A stretch of DNA of 64,000 nucleotides, taken from NCBI GenBank assembly GCA_964035545.1, contig OZ037767.1, positions 16,610,581-16,674,580 on the forward strand, read 5' to 3'. Within the stretch, counting starts at the first letter, position 1. The number at the start of each line of letters is the position of its first letter. Below, in pieces: positions 1 through 11,300 of the stretch. The notes under the pieces are model-generated. The model made no database searches and was not told where the DNA came from. It saw only the letters and a list, made by a program, of their open reading frames with translations. The DNA comes from Bugula neritina (taxonomy: Eukaryota; Animalia; Bryozoa). A program made the position numbers and the translations under genes.

Positions 1-2031
1 AGTGGATAACTCCAGGCAATAACTTTGGCTCCACTACATCAAAACGAACTAGTACATCTGAACCTGCTAGTGCAGCAGAGATGGGTAGTTCAGCCAATAG
101 AAACAAATATAAAGCAGAAGAAGGGAACCCCACCGTTCTTCACCACACTTCATTCAAGAAGATTGAGAGTTCTTTGGGCTATGGTGACACAGAACTGCCT
201 TTACCTGAGCAAATTGTTGAACTTCTAGGTAAAGTATATAATATCTATTATGTAATAACAATATTACGCTAACATGAAATTAGTATGTTCTTGTTGCTTT
301 ATTCAGGAGTCACATGATGGTTTTCCATTCCATAGCTTGTAGGCAAGGACCAAAAGGTGAAAAAGGAGTTAACGGAAAAGAAGGACTTGCAGGTATTGAT
401 GCTGCGACTGGGCAGAAAGGAGAACTCGGCATTGTGGGAGAGAAAGGAGTGTCAGGAGATAAAGGAGAAAGTGGACTCCTTGGTGTTGATGGCAGAATTG
501 GTAGAAAAGGAGAACCTGGTAATAATGGAGAAGTTGGGGTGCCTGAAGCAAGAGGTGAAAAGGGAATGCCTGCGGAAATCATGGAGAAAAAGGAGCTCCT
601 GGTAAAAACGGAGCCGATGGAGAAAAAGGAGTTCAGGGTTTGAAAGGTGATAAAGGTTTTCCTGGAAGAAATGGGATCAAAAGGTGATAGAGGAATACCT
701 GGAAAAATGGAAGAAATGGAGCACAAGGTAACACTGGTGCCAAAGGAGAGCCAGGTCAACCTGGAGCTCAAGGAGACAAGGGAATGATTGGTCAGAAGGG
801 ATCAAAAGGAATACAAGGACAGACTGGAGTAAGAGGAACGTGACTGGCTTGAAGGGAGATTCTGGTAGCGCTGGTAGTCCAGGAGTCAAAGGTGAACAAA
901 TAATGTACATTGTGTGAATCATTTATCATTACAAAAAATATTATACTAAATAGTATGTTGTATTACATATCGTATATTATATTGTGCAATATAGTGTATT
1001 ACTTATAATAGAACATACTATTATTAGTTTGACATGTGAAATTGCATTAAATTACTTCTCAAACGAAGCTGCAATTGCCATCCTTTCAAGTGCAAAAATC
1101 AATCTTCAGTATAGTTGAGTAGGAAAGCAAATGCCTTTCTAATATTTATCTGCAAATTCTGAACATCTCACAGCATTTCCAACCACTGATGTTTATGGGA
1201 AAGTAACTTTTTTTAAAATATTTTTTCTGCGGGTGACAGAGAAGTTAGTGGTCTAACTGGTGTTAAAGGAGCGCTCAGGGTGTCACTGGAAGAAAGGGAG
1301 ATAGAGGATTACCTGGTGCTACAGATGCTATGGGTGCTTCTGGAAATGTTGGAAGACCAGGTTTGAGAGGACCACCTGGACTTAATGGCATACCCGGTGC
1401 TAAAGGTGCAAAAGGTGCTTCTGGTAGTGTTGGTAGACCCGGTGCTAAAGGTGCTGCAGGTACTCCTGGTGTTAAAGGTGCAAGAGGAGTTCCTGGACTC
1501 AAAGGAGCACCAGGTAAAAATGTTACATATGGTTTACCAGGTTAACTAAAGAATTTCCATATTCAAAATCATGTTTTAATAACAGCTTATTGTGACATTG
1601 AAACATTCTTCCCTTCATACGTACTGCAATGTCAGGAGTTTTCACAAATATTGTTTATTCAAGGAGAGGATTGTCCAGTCCAAGATATTTTAGAAGCAAT
1701 TTTTGGTGGTAAGTGTTTACCTAGTCTTGTTTCCTAATAGTTGGTAGTCTTGTTCATAATGCTGATGAGAGGAATTCTATGCGGTGTAAGTAAAATATTT
1801 TCAGCTGACTACGACTTTGCTAACTATACACACATGCACTACTTTCTAGACACTGCAGGGAATTTCTACATACTGCACACTAATATAACAAAAAACTGGG
1901 ATGAAGCTAAAGAGTTCTGTGCCGAGCAAAAGGGGAGACAACTTGCTATTATACCAAGTTCCTGGGACGAGAGTCAGGAGTTTTTCAACAAACTTGAAGC
2001 TTTTTCTGGTGAGTATAACATGTGTCTCTTT

Positions 2032-2232
2032 ATATCTCTACACCTGTATATCTACACCTGTATCCCTACACCTATATCCCTACACCTGTATATCTACACC
2101 TATATCCTACACCTGTATCCCTACACCTGTATTCCTACACCTGTATTCTTACACCTGTATTCCTACACCTGTATTCCTACACCTGTATCTCTACACCTGT
2201 ATCCCTACACCTATATCTCTACACCTGTATTC
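2032..2232. repeat. 14-bp minisatellite (CTACACCTGTATNC)n, about 14 copies, intronic
   Basis: Directly visible tandem repeat; it explains the repetitive YTCIPTP/LHLYP ORFs. Confidence 0.92.
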
Positions 2233-2285
2233 TAGGCTAAAGTTGCGTTTATACCTTTGCTGGAAAAAGTACTGAGTTTCAGTTA

Positions 2286-2692
2286 GCCTAGGGCCACACT
2301 GTGCGTATTCTCACATGCGAAAATTAAAACCACGAGTAGCAAAGGTGTCCACTGTAGCGTCAGTGAGATTGGAAAGCTACTAGCTAATAATATTTCCATT
2401 TAATGTTACTGCTCGCCTTGTTGCTATGGCTACAAGTGCGAAATACATGAAATTTTCTATTTTAAATCGCAATCGCCAAACGCAATTTACTGGAATGTAG
2501 CACTAAAACAAAATAATTGGGCTCGATAAATAACTACCAACCAATTAAGTGACGACGACAGAGACGATTCGCACTTGCGTTCAGAATGCTGAGCGACAAG
2601 TGTGAATGTTTTCTCAACGCATACAGTGGACACCTATGCTACTCGTGGTTTAAATTTTCGCATGCGAAAATTCGCACAGTGTGGCCCTAGGC
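2286..2692. mobile_element. MITE with ~75-bp imperfect terminal inverted repeats, flanked by TA
   Basis: Left end GCCTAGGGCCACACTGTGCG..AAACCACGAGTAGCAAAGGTGTCCACTGTA mirrors right end TACAGTGGACACCTATGCTACTCGTGGTTT..CGCACAGTGTGGCCCTAGGC. TA on both sides; non-coding. Confidence 0.88.
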
Positions 2693-3714
2693 TAAATAAC
2701 ACTCGTCCGGGTACTCCCTTATAGTCAAACTGAAAATCGTTGAAATCAAATTGATGCGGAAGCTTACTTTCAAAAAGTGAAATCTGACTCGCCTAATCGC
2801 TATTTGATGACCTTTGTGAGCGTCGTGAATTAGTGAAGATGACAGCATAAAAGCAATAATTGGGAAGGCGCAGGCAATATAATTATTAACATATAAGTAG
2901 GTCATCTAATCGCCAAAGCCATAATTAAATAACTATGTTTACAAGGAGTTATTACTCTTTTTGAGTATTATTCTGAACCCGGCCGATTAAGTTATTACAG
3001 TGCAAAAAATTTTACGAGTGTCTTTTACAATGCAATGCTACACGGAGAAATTTCAACCCGGCCAAATTGAATTTCTTACTTAAAATCGCGAAGGTATAAA
3101 GGCAATTTAATACTATGATGGTGGTAATGAGCTCTAGATATCAATATTTTTCCTTACAGATCTTCCTAAAGACATATGGCTCGGTGGTAAAGAATTCTCT
3201 CCAAATAATTACCGATGGAATGATGGCAGTTCTATTCCAGACTACTTGTGGCACATTGATGAACCAAGATATAGAAGTAATATGTTACATAATATACTAC
3301 TATCAGTTCTCTATGCTTTTGATATTACCATATGACATAATATTGATAGTATAGATTTTATTGGGGGAGCCTTGGGTCTAGCACTTGTCACAAAAGTCTT
3401 CATAACTAATACTACCTACTGTACATGTCTAACTGTGTTATTCAGGTTATTCTATTTGTGTACTCTTTCCACAGATGATGAAAAATGTGTTGGACTGTGG
3501 AAAATGAATGGAGTTAGGAAAGTTAATGATTTCCTGTGCTGGTTAAATCATGCCTTCATCTGCCAAATGGTTATACAACAGTCAAGTTAACAGAGAAGAA
3601 ATGAGATGAAGAATGTTGCTTAAACTTCTATACTAACTATATACAAAATTATGTTTACAATATAATAGAAACCTTTGAACTATATTCCCAGAATGCCTTA
3701 CAACTCAGTTTTGT

Positions 3715-5705
3715 TTCAGTGATGACATAGCTTGTGATGCATTGAGTTCAGTGATGACACATAGCTTGTGATGTATTGAGATCAGTGATGACACATAGCT
3801 TGTGATGTATTGAGTTCAGTGATGACACATGACGTGTGATGTATTGAGTTCAGTGATGACACATAACTTGTGATGTATTGAGTTCAGTGATGACACATAA
3901 CTTGTGATGTATTGAGTTCAGTGATGACACATAACTTGTGATGTATTGAGTTCAGTGATGACACATAGCTTGTGATGTATTGAGTTCAGTGATGACACAT
4001 AACTTGTGATGTATTGAGTTCAGTGATGACACATAGCTTGTGATGTATTGAGTTCAGTGATGACACATAACTTGTGATGTATTGAGTTCAGTGATGACAT
4101 AGCTTGTGATGTATTGAGTTCAGTGATGACACATAACTTGTGATGTATTGAGTTCAGTGATGACACATAACTTGTGATGTATTGAGTTCAGTGATGACAC
4201 ATAACTTGTGATGTATTGAGTTTAGTGATGACCCATAACTTGTGATGTATTGAGTTCAGTGATGACACATAGCTTGTGATGTATTGAGTTCAGTGATGAC
4301 ACATAACTTGTGATGTATTGAGTTTAGTGATGACCCATAACTTGTGATGTATTGAGTTTAGTGATGACCCATAACTTGTGATGTATTGAGTTCAGTGATG
4401 ACACATAGCTTGTGATGTATTGAGTTCAGTGATGACACATAACTTGTGATGTATTGAGTTCAGTGATGACATAGCTTGTGATGTATTGAGTTCAGTGATG
4501 ACACATAACTTGTGATGTATTGAGTTCAGTGATGACACATAACTTGTGATGTATTGAGTTCAGTGATGACACATAGCTTGTGATGTATTGAGTTCAGTGA
4601 TGACACATAACTTGTGATGTATTGAGATCAGTGATGACACATAGCTTGTGATGTATTGAGTTCAGTGATGACACATAACTTGTGATGTATTGAGTTCAGT
4701 GATGACACATAACTTGTGATGTATTGAGTTCAGTGATGACACATAACTTGTGATGTATTGAGTTCAGTGATGACATAGCTTGTGATGTATTGAGTTCAGT
4801 GATGACACATAACTTGTGATGTATTGAGTTCAGTGATGACACATAACTTGTGATGTATTGAGTTCAGTGATGACACATAACTTGTGATGTATTGAGTTCA
4901 GTGATGACACATAACTTGTGATGTATTGAGTTCAGTGATGACATAGCTTGTGATGTATTGAGTTCAGTGATGACACATAACTTGTGATGTATTGAGTTCA
5001 GTGATGACACATAACTTGTGATGTATTGAGTTCAGTGATGACACATAACTTGTGATGTATTGAGTTCAGTGATGACACATAACTTGTGATGTATTGAGTT
5101 CAGTGATGACACATAACTTGTGATGTATTGAGTTCAGTGATGACACATAACTTGTGATGTATTGAGTTCAGTGATGACACATAACTTGTGATGTATTGAG
5201 TTCAGTGATGACACATAACTTGTGATGTATTGAGTTCAGTGATGACACATAACTTGTGATGTATTGAGTTCAGTGATGACATAGCTTGTGATGTATTGAG
5301 TTCAGTGATGACACATAACTTGTGATGTATTGAGTTCAGTGATGACACATAACTTGTGATGTATTGAGTTCAGTGATGACACATAGCTTGTGATGTATTG
5401 AGTTCAGTGATGACACATAACTTGTGATGTATTGAGTTCAGTGATGACACATAACTTGTGATGTATTGAGTTCAGTGATGACACATAACTTGTGATGTAT
5501 TGAGTTCAGTGATGACACATAACTTGTGATGTATTGAGATCAGTGATGACATAGCTTGTGATGTATTGAGTTCAGTGATGACACATAACTTGTGATGTAT
5601 TGAGTTCAGTGATGACACATAACTTGTGATGTATTGAGTTCAGTGATGACACATAACTTGTGATGTATTGAGTTCAGTGATGACACAGCTTGTGATGTAT
5701 TGAGT
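3715..5705. repeat. 34-bp tandem satellite (TGTGATGTATTGAGTTCAGTGATGACACATAACT), roughly 58-59 units
   Basis: Near-perfect tandem units with no spacers. Variants are a 32-bp form lacking CA, plus AGCT/AACT, GAGATC and TTTAG..ACCC forms. Confidence 0.97.
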
Positions 5706-6780
5706 AGTTATACAGTCTCTGCTGATGAGATATACAAGTAAAGACTGTTATATTACACATAGAAAGCCCATATCCAAGCATCAGGCTGATGTACTTTTTA
5801 AAGCACTTCAATGTTAAAACTACAGCTATAATATTTAGATATATCATGATTTGTGCTGTTTTAATATTATAAGTTTATAATACGTACTGCTTTGATATAA
5901 GTATTATAATGTTGTAATATAATATGTCATAAAATATACCTATACTATATTATGACATTTTCAAAATATTCTTAGATACTTTTTAATAAATGCTGAATAT
6001 GATTTATCATTGTTATATGCTGCTATAAAATATACTTCATAGTATAATATTTTAATATATTTTATACTATGCCCTATTATTTATACTAGTGTAAGATTAT
6101 GTCATAATATATAGAACTATAATAAACTATAATACATACATTATTTGAGCTTTCAGATTAGATTCACGGTATGTGAAAATAATTTTTTATGCTAATTGAT
6201 TAGAAAATCTAAATGCACATGATATTAATTTTATTAAAATGCAGAGCCTACATACATGCATAGAGAAAACAATGAAAGGAGGACAACTGCTAATAGTATG
6301 TGCACCAATTTCAGCTACATTGAGAGTTATCTTCACATGAGAGATGGCCATTTTGAAACACATTTTGTGGTATTACACTGTAATGTAATAACAGAAATAT
6401 ATATTATATTCCTGGTTTTTAACTAAAATAACTTAATTATAAGAAAATGCTGCAGTGCAAAAATAAATGATGAATTTTATTAATTCATATTTAGGTATTA
6501 TATATTTGACAAAAATAGTAAAATTTACATGCAACTGAGAGTAACAGATGAGTATATAGAATGTAACACAAGTAAATGTGGATAATACTGAGGAGCTGTG
6601 TATTGTGTTATCCTATTTATTAAATACTTTTTATATCATCTAATGACTGTCACTCTACTCCCAACTCATTCCTCGTCATTCCTGACTCGGAGAATCAACA
6701 GGAAACAGCGAGTGAAGTACCTGCCCCCTGTTGACAGTCGATTCAGCTGTTCACACAACTCTTCCATTCTGAAATAATAA

Positions 6781-6950
6781 ATGTACAGTATATAATAAAT
6801 ATATAATAATTATATAGAATATAATAAATATATTATAGTATATAATAACTATTCTATATAATAATATATAGTATATAATAATATATAGTATATAATAACT
6901 ATTCTGTATAATAATATATAGTATATAATAATATACAGTGTATAATAAAT
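6781..6950. repeat. AT-rich minisatellite (TATAGTATATAATAATA / ACTATTCT units)
   Basis: Visible tandem units; an expanded homolog lies at 45031-45546. Confidence 0.85.
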
Positions 6951-6952
6951 AT

Positions 6953-7150
6953 GGGGTCTAGGGGTTAGAGCGTTTGCCTAGTAAATGTGTTTGAACCTGA
7001 CAAAGGCCATTAGTAATGTTAGGAAGAGCGTCCAGTCAATATTGCTCCTGTGTCACATATGAATAAGTACTTAGCCCAATTTAACAAAAGACCCTTTCTA
7101 TCAGGGGTTTCTCACAGAAATGATGACTATAATAAACTTGTGTGAGTTTA
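6953..7150 (+). mobile_element. Putative degenerate tRNA-derived SINE
   Basis: A-box-like GGTCTAGGGGTTAGAGCG and B-box-like GTTTGAAC head followed by a relatively GC-richer body. The copy at 45550 retains 10 more nt between the boxes. Ends are approximate. Confidence 0.45.
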
Positions 7151-8323
7151 CATATATAACAAATACATAATGTATAATAAATAGTCTACTGTGCTTTATA
7201 TACATTTTCATGGATTCCGTATGTTTCATTATTTCTGACTGTTTCTGTGTAATAGGAATACTATTACAAATACAACATCTTATAAAAGAATCATTTTATG
7301 ACAATTTTCATAGCTTTTGAAAGTATTTTACACTACATATTTTACCAGCATGCACACATGTATGAATTGCTAAAATAATAATAAAGATCATACTGTTGCA
7401 CAATGAATTGACGCAGAAATGATTTTTCATGAAGCAGGAAATATCATTTAGTTTCTAGACATCTTAATTGGTACTCGTTCAGTTAAGCACAGTCCTCACT
7501 GCTTCCTGGAAGATAATAGTGAAACTATTACTAAATTAAATAATTTCAAACATTTATTTGAAAAGTTGTCTTCCCTTCCCATAGCTGAGTGTCAGATCTA
7601 CAAACGTTTTCTGGAGAATCACTTCACAGTTCAGAGTTGAAAGTGTGATATGTAACACAACAAGCTACACAACACAACATTTGACATGTAGCACAACAGT
7701 ATATACATGTCATGTAGTACAACATTTAATGTTGTACTACATGACATGTTACACAACATAACATGCTACATGTATTATTACAGTAACAGCATGCTACATA
7801 TACTACTAAAGTCCTATCATATGAGTTGTTTGGTTTTCTATATGATGCCAGAGAGATCCAGGAGTGGAGCTGCTGTCTATTCATTTCTGAACACCAGGAA
7901 CTTTTGCTATGCCAATCCCTAATGTGTGGAACACCTATAAGATGAATATACTTTGTTAAATGAGTTTTCATTAAAGAATTGGAGACAAAAACATAATTAG
8001 TTTGTCAAAACACTGTTGTTGTAATTATTATAGCAAGTCAGTATCCTTCTGCCGATAATATTAAATACATTCCATGATGTTTTTTGCTGTGTCTATGTTT
8101 ATGTTCATGAAGCTGAGCTGCCATTAACTGGGATTGTATTCTAATTATAGAAGGATGGACTTTGATTTGTTTAAAACTCTGCAATAATTTTAGATGACTT
8201 TCACTAAAATAAACAAGAGTATTGAGTTGGCTACTTCTGATCTAGTGGATATAAACAGCTGACTGCATGGAGACATTTGACAAATACTTTCACTTTGATA
8301 AGGGTTGGGTGTAAAACTGAAGC

Positions 8324-11300
8324 ATGGTAAGTTCCCAGTATACTTTATTTTTATGTATGTTATATGCATGTATGTAAATGTATTTGTGCATGTGTGGGTG
8401 CATTATATGTGTGTGTATATATGCGTGCATGCACATGTATGCATGTGTGTATGTGTATATGTAGGCACATATGTATAACATACATCTGTATACATATGTA
8501 TGTTATACATATGTATACAGATGCTTGTAGAGCTTGCTATGAGCTATGTAATTATATAGTTTTTGGAAAGTTCAGTGTTTTAGCATGCAAAGTGCATTGA
8601 TACATTTTGAAGCTTCTTGTATCAGTTGATGGAAATTAAACGTTCAAAGGTTTTATTAATTTAAAAACTAGTGCATAATGAAAGCGTCTGTAAAATAAAC
8701 TCAAATTAATGCAATAATTAACTATGCTTTGTAAAATAAAATAGATAAATTATGATTCTGTATAATTGTTTATATAGTAACAGAATTAACTAAAAACCAA
8801 GTAGTAGCTTGCTTTTATGTACAATTGTGAATAGCATGAATATAGTTGAGCATAAATTTTTGAAATTTAAAATAAAATAGAAATACAAAAATGAATTATT
8901 GTATTAAATAGTAAAGCACTTCTGAAGGTGTTGTTAATAATATTTTTTTTTATTAATTGGAATGGATAATTTATTTGCTAACACTCAAGTTTTTAATTGA
9001 GTTAGTGTATAAGTAACTCCGAATTTTAAAATTTACTTCGACTGCATTCATTTTTCTCAACTGTACATTATATCAATATAATTCTATTCAGCGAACCGAG
9101 ATACACTTAAATATAAAGGATATTCTAAAGCTTAAAGCATATTTTTCGGTAAATAATAATTCCGCTGCTTATTTTATTGTCAGAAGAAATTCACTGGCAT
9201 TTATAATTATTGCTAATAATAGACAGCCATAGAGTTCAGTCTAGAAATATAAAATGATGATAGCATTAGAACAGGGGATAGGAGATAGGACAGCAGCTTC
9301 TAAGTGCTATATGTACTTACCGTAATTAAATTTATTCCGTAGAAGTTCATAGCATTAAAACAAGAATGAATGCAGCATCCATTGAATTATAACCCCTCTA
9401 GTTTCGGTTCAGTGCACGCATCTTATAACATTGGAAAATACTTTGTGCTTATGGTAATTCAATTTGTTTCTTCAAAATTCATACAAACTTTGTTGAAGGA
9501 AACAGAAAAGCAGAGTTCAAGGACATCAGAGACACACAGAGGTGTTCACGGAATATCTTTGGTGTTCTGTATTATAAATCTCCTCCTGTGGGTTTCCTTA
9601 CTGCTCTACGGTGTATTTGAAGTGTCAAACTTGTACAGAGAAGTTGATAGTCTTACAGCTGCTACTAGAGAGAAACCATCTGCTGCGACCTTGACACAAA
9701 CTAAACAGGAAGTAGAAGAAAAATTCATAGTGAGGCTCACAGAAGAGATAAGAAACATACAAAGAGAGAGTGAACGAGAAAAAAAGAATTTAACAAAAAA
9801 AGTTGAAGTGCTGGAAGAAAAGTTACGTTTAGTTGACAACCAACATGATAACTTTAAGAGATTCTGGAAGGAAGTGGTAGAAAAGGTGAAGTTAAAGTGT
9901 TGGATTTACTTACTGACCCCTGTGATGTAATGGTTAGCGAGCCTGCTTACAAGCGGGAGGTCTTGGTTTTGAATCCCATTTTATAAAGTTTATAAAGTGT
10001 ATTGTGCATGATATGCAGATAACCATATTTTACTCAATTGAAATCGTCACCACAGAGTAATCTATTTCGTTGCTTACAGGTGCTGTTTTATGAGAATAGA
10101 GAGAGCAAAGAGTGGATAACTCCAGTCAGTACTTCTGCCTCAACTACATCTGAACCAACTAGCACCGCAGAGATGGGTAATGGTGAAACAGAGCTGCATT
10201 TAACCAATGAGAGTGTTCCATACACACAAAGTTCAGCCAATAGAAACACCTCTAAGACAGAAGAAGGGAACCCCACAGTTCCACTTCATACTTCATTCAA
10301 GGATATGGGAAATTCCTTGGGCTATGATGACACAGACCTGCCTTCACCTGAGCAAATTGCTGAACTTCTAGGTAAAGTATATAATAATCATTAAATAATC
10401 ATTTACTCTAAAATCAAATAAATATATTCGTGTTGCTTTATTCAAGATTTTCACCATTTATTATTTTATTCTGTTTTTCAGCTTGTAGACAAGGACCAAA
10501 AGGTGAAAACGGACTTAACGGAAAGGATGGACATCCTGGAATTGACGGTGCAACTGGAGAGAGAGGAGCACCCGGCATTATGGGAGAGAAAGGAGTGTCA
10601 GGAGTTAAAGGAGAAAGTGGACTCTCTGGTGTTGATGGCAGAATTGGTAGAAAAGGAGAACCTGGTAATAATGGAGAAGTTGGGGTGCCTGGAGCAAAAG
10701 GTGAAAAGGGAATGTCTGGAAATCATGGAGAAAAGGGAGCTCCTGGTAGAAATGGAACCAAAGGAGAAAAAGGAGTTCAGGGTTTGAAAGGTGATAAAGG
10801 TTTTCCTGGAAGGAATGGACTTCCTGGTGTAGATGGCATAGCCGGTGAAAAAGGAGAACCTGGTATTTCCGGCTCAGCCGGCACACCAGGCTCAAAGGGT
10901 GATAAAGGAATGCCTGGAGAAAATGGAGAAAATGGAAGAAATGGAGCACCCGGTAACTCTGGTGCTAAAGGAGAACCAGGTCAAACCGGAGCTCCGGGAG
11001 ACAAGGGAATGATTGGTCAGAAGGGATCAAAAGGAATACAAGGACAAACTGGAGTAAAAGGAGTGACTGGTTTGAAGGGAGATCCTGGTAGAGCTGGTAG
11101 TCCAGGAGTTAAAGGTGCAAAAGGTAATGAGTAATGTACATACAATACCCATCAATCTAACTTTTAATCTCATCAAGTTATTTTTACATAGCACACTATT
11201 ACACAAATATTATACTAAGTAGCGTGTTGTATTATACATAGTATATATTATACTGTTTAATGTATTGTATTGCAGATAGTAAAATATATTACTATTAGTT

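Larger units (their letters stand above)
1..3590 (+). pseudogene. Copy 1 of the TM-collagen-CTLD gene (5' part outside window); disabled collagen exons, divergent but open CTLD exons
   Basis: Stalk exon to ~228, collagen exons ~335-890 and ~1232-1512, neck exon (GEDCPVQDILEAIFG) ~1663-1707, CTLD exons ~1805/1850-2008 (KNWDEAKEFC), 3160-3276 (IWLGG..RWNDGS..WHIDEPR) and 3475-3590 (C..VND..C..FICQ). Lesions relative to paralogs: 2-nt insertion ~573, internal deletion ~673, further small indels, and acceptor AG>GG at ~1230. Confidence 0.8.

Noticed and set aside
3715-5705. CRISPR array, or box C/D snoRNA cluster (RTGATGA in every unit)
   Set aside because: Units are contiguous with no unique spacers, there are no cas genes and the context is eukaryotic. 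There is no CTGA D box or terminal stem.
8290-8600. ORFs rich in H/Y/M/C/V
   Set aside because: Translation of (TG/TA)-rich low-complexity intron sequence.
9921-9978. Functional tRNA gene
   Set aside because: No acceptor stem, a 6-nt anticodon loop and a degenerate T-loop; the duplicate copy has a deletion in the stem.
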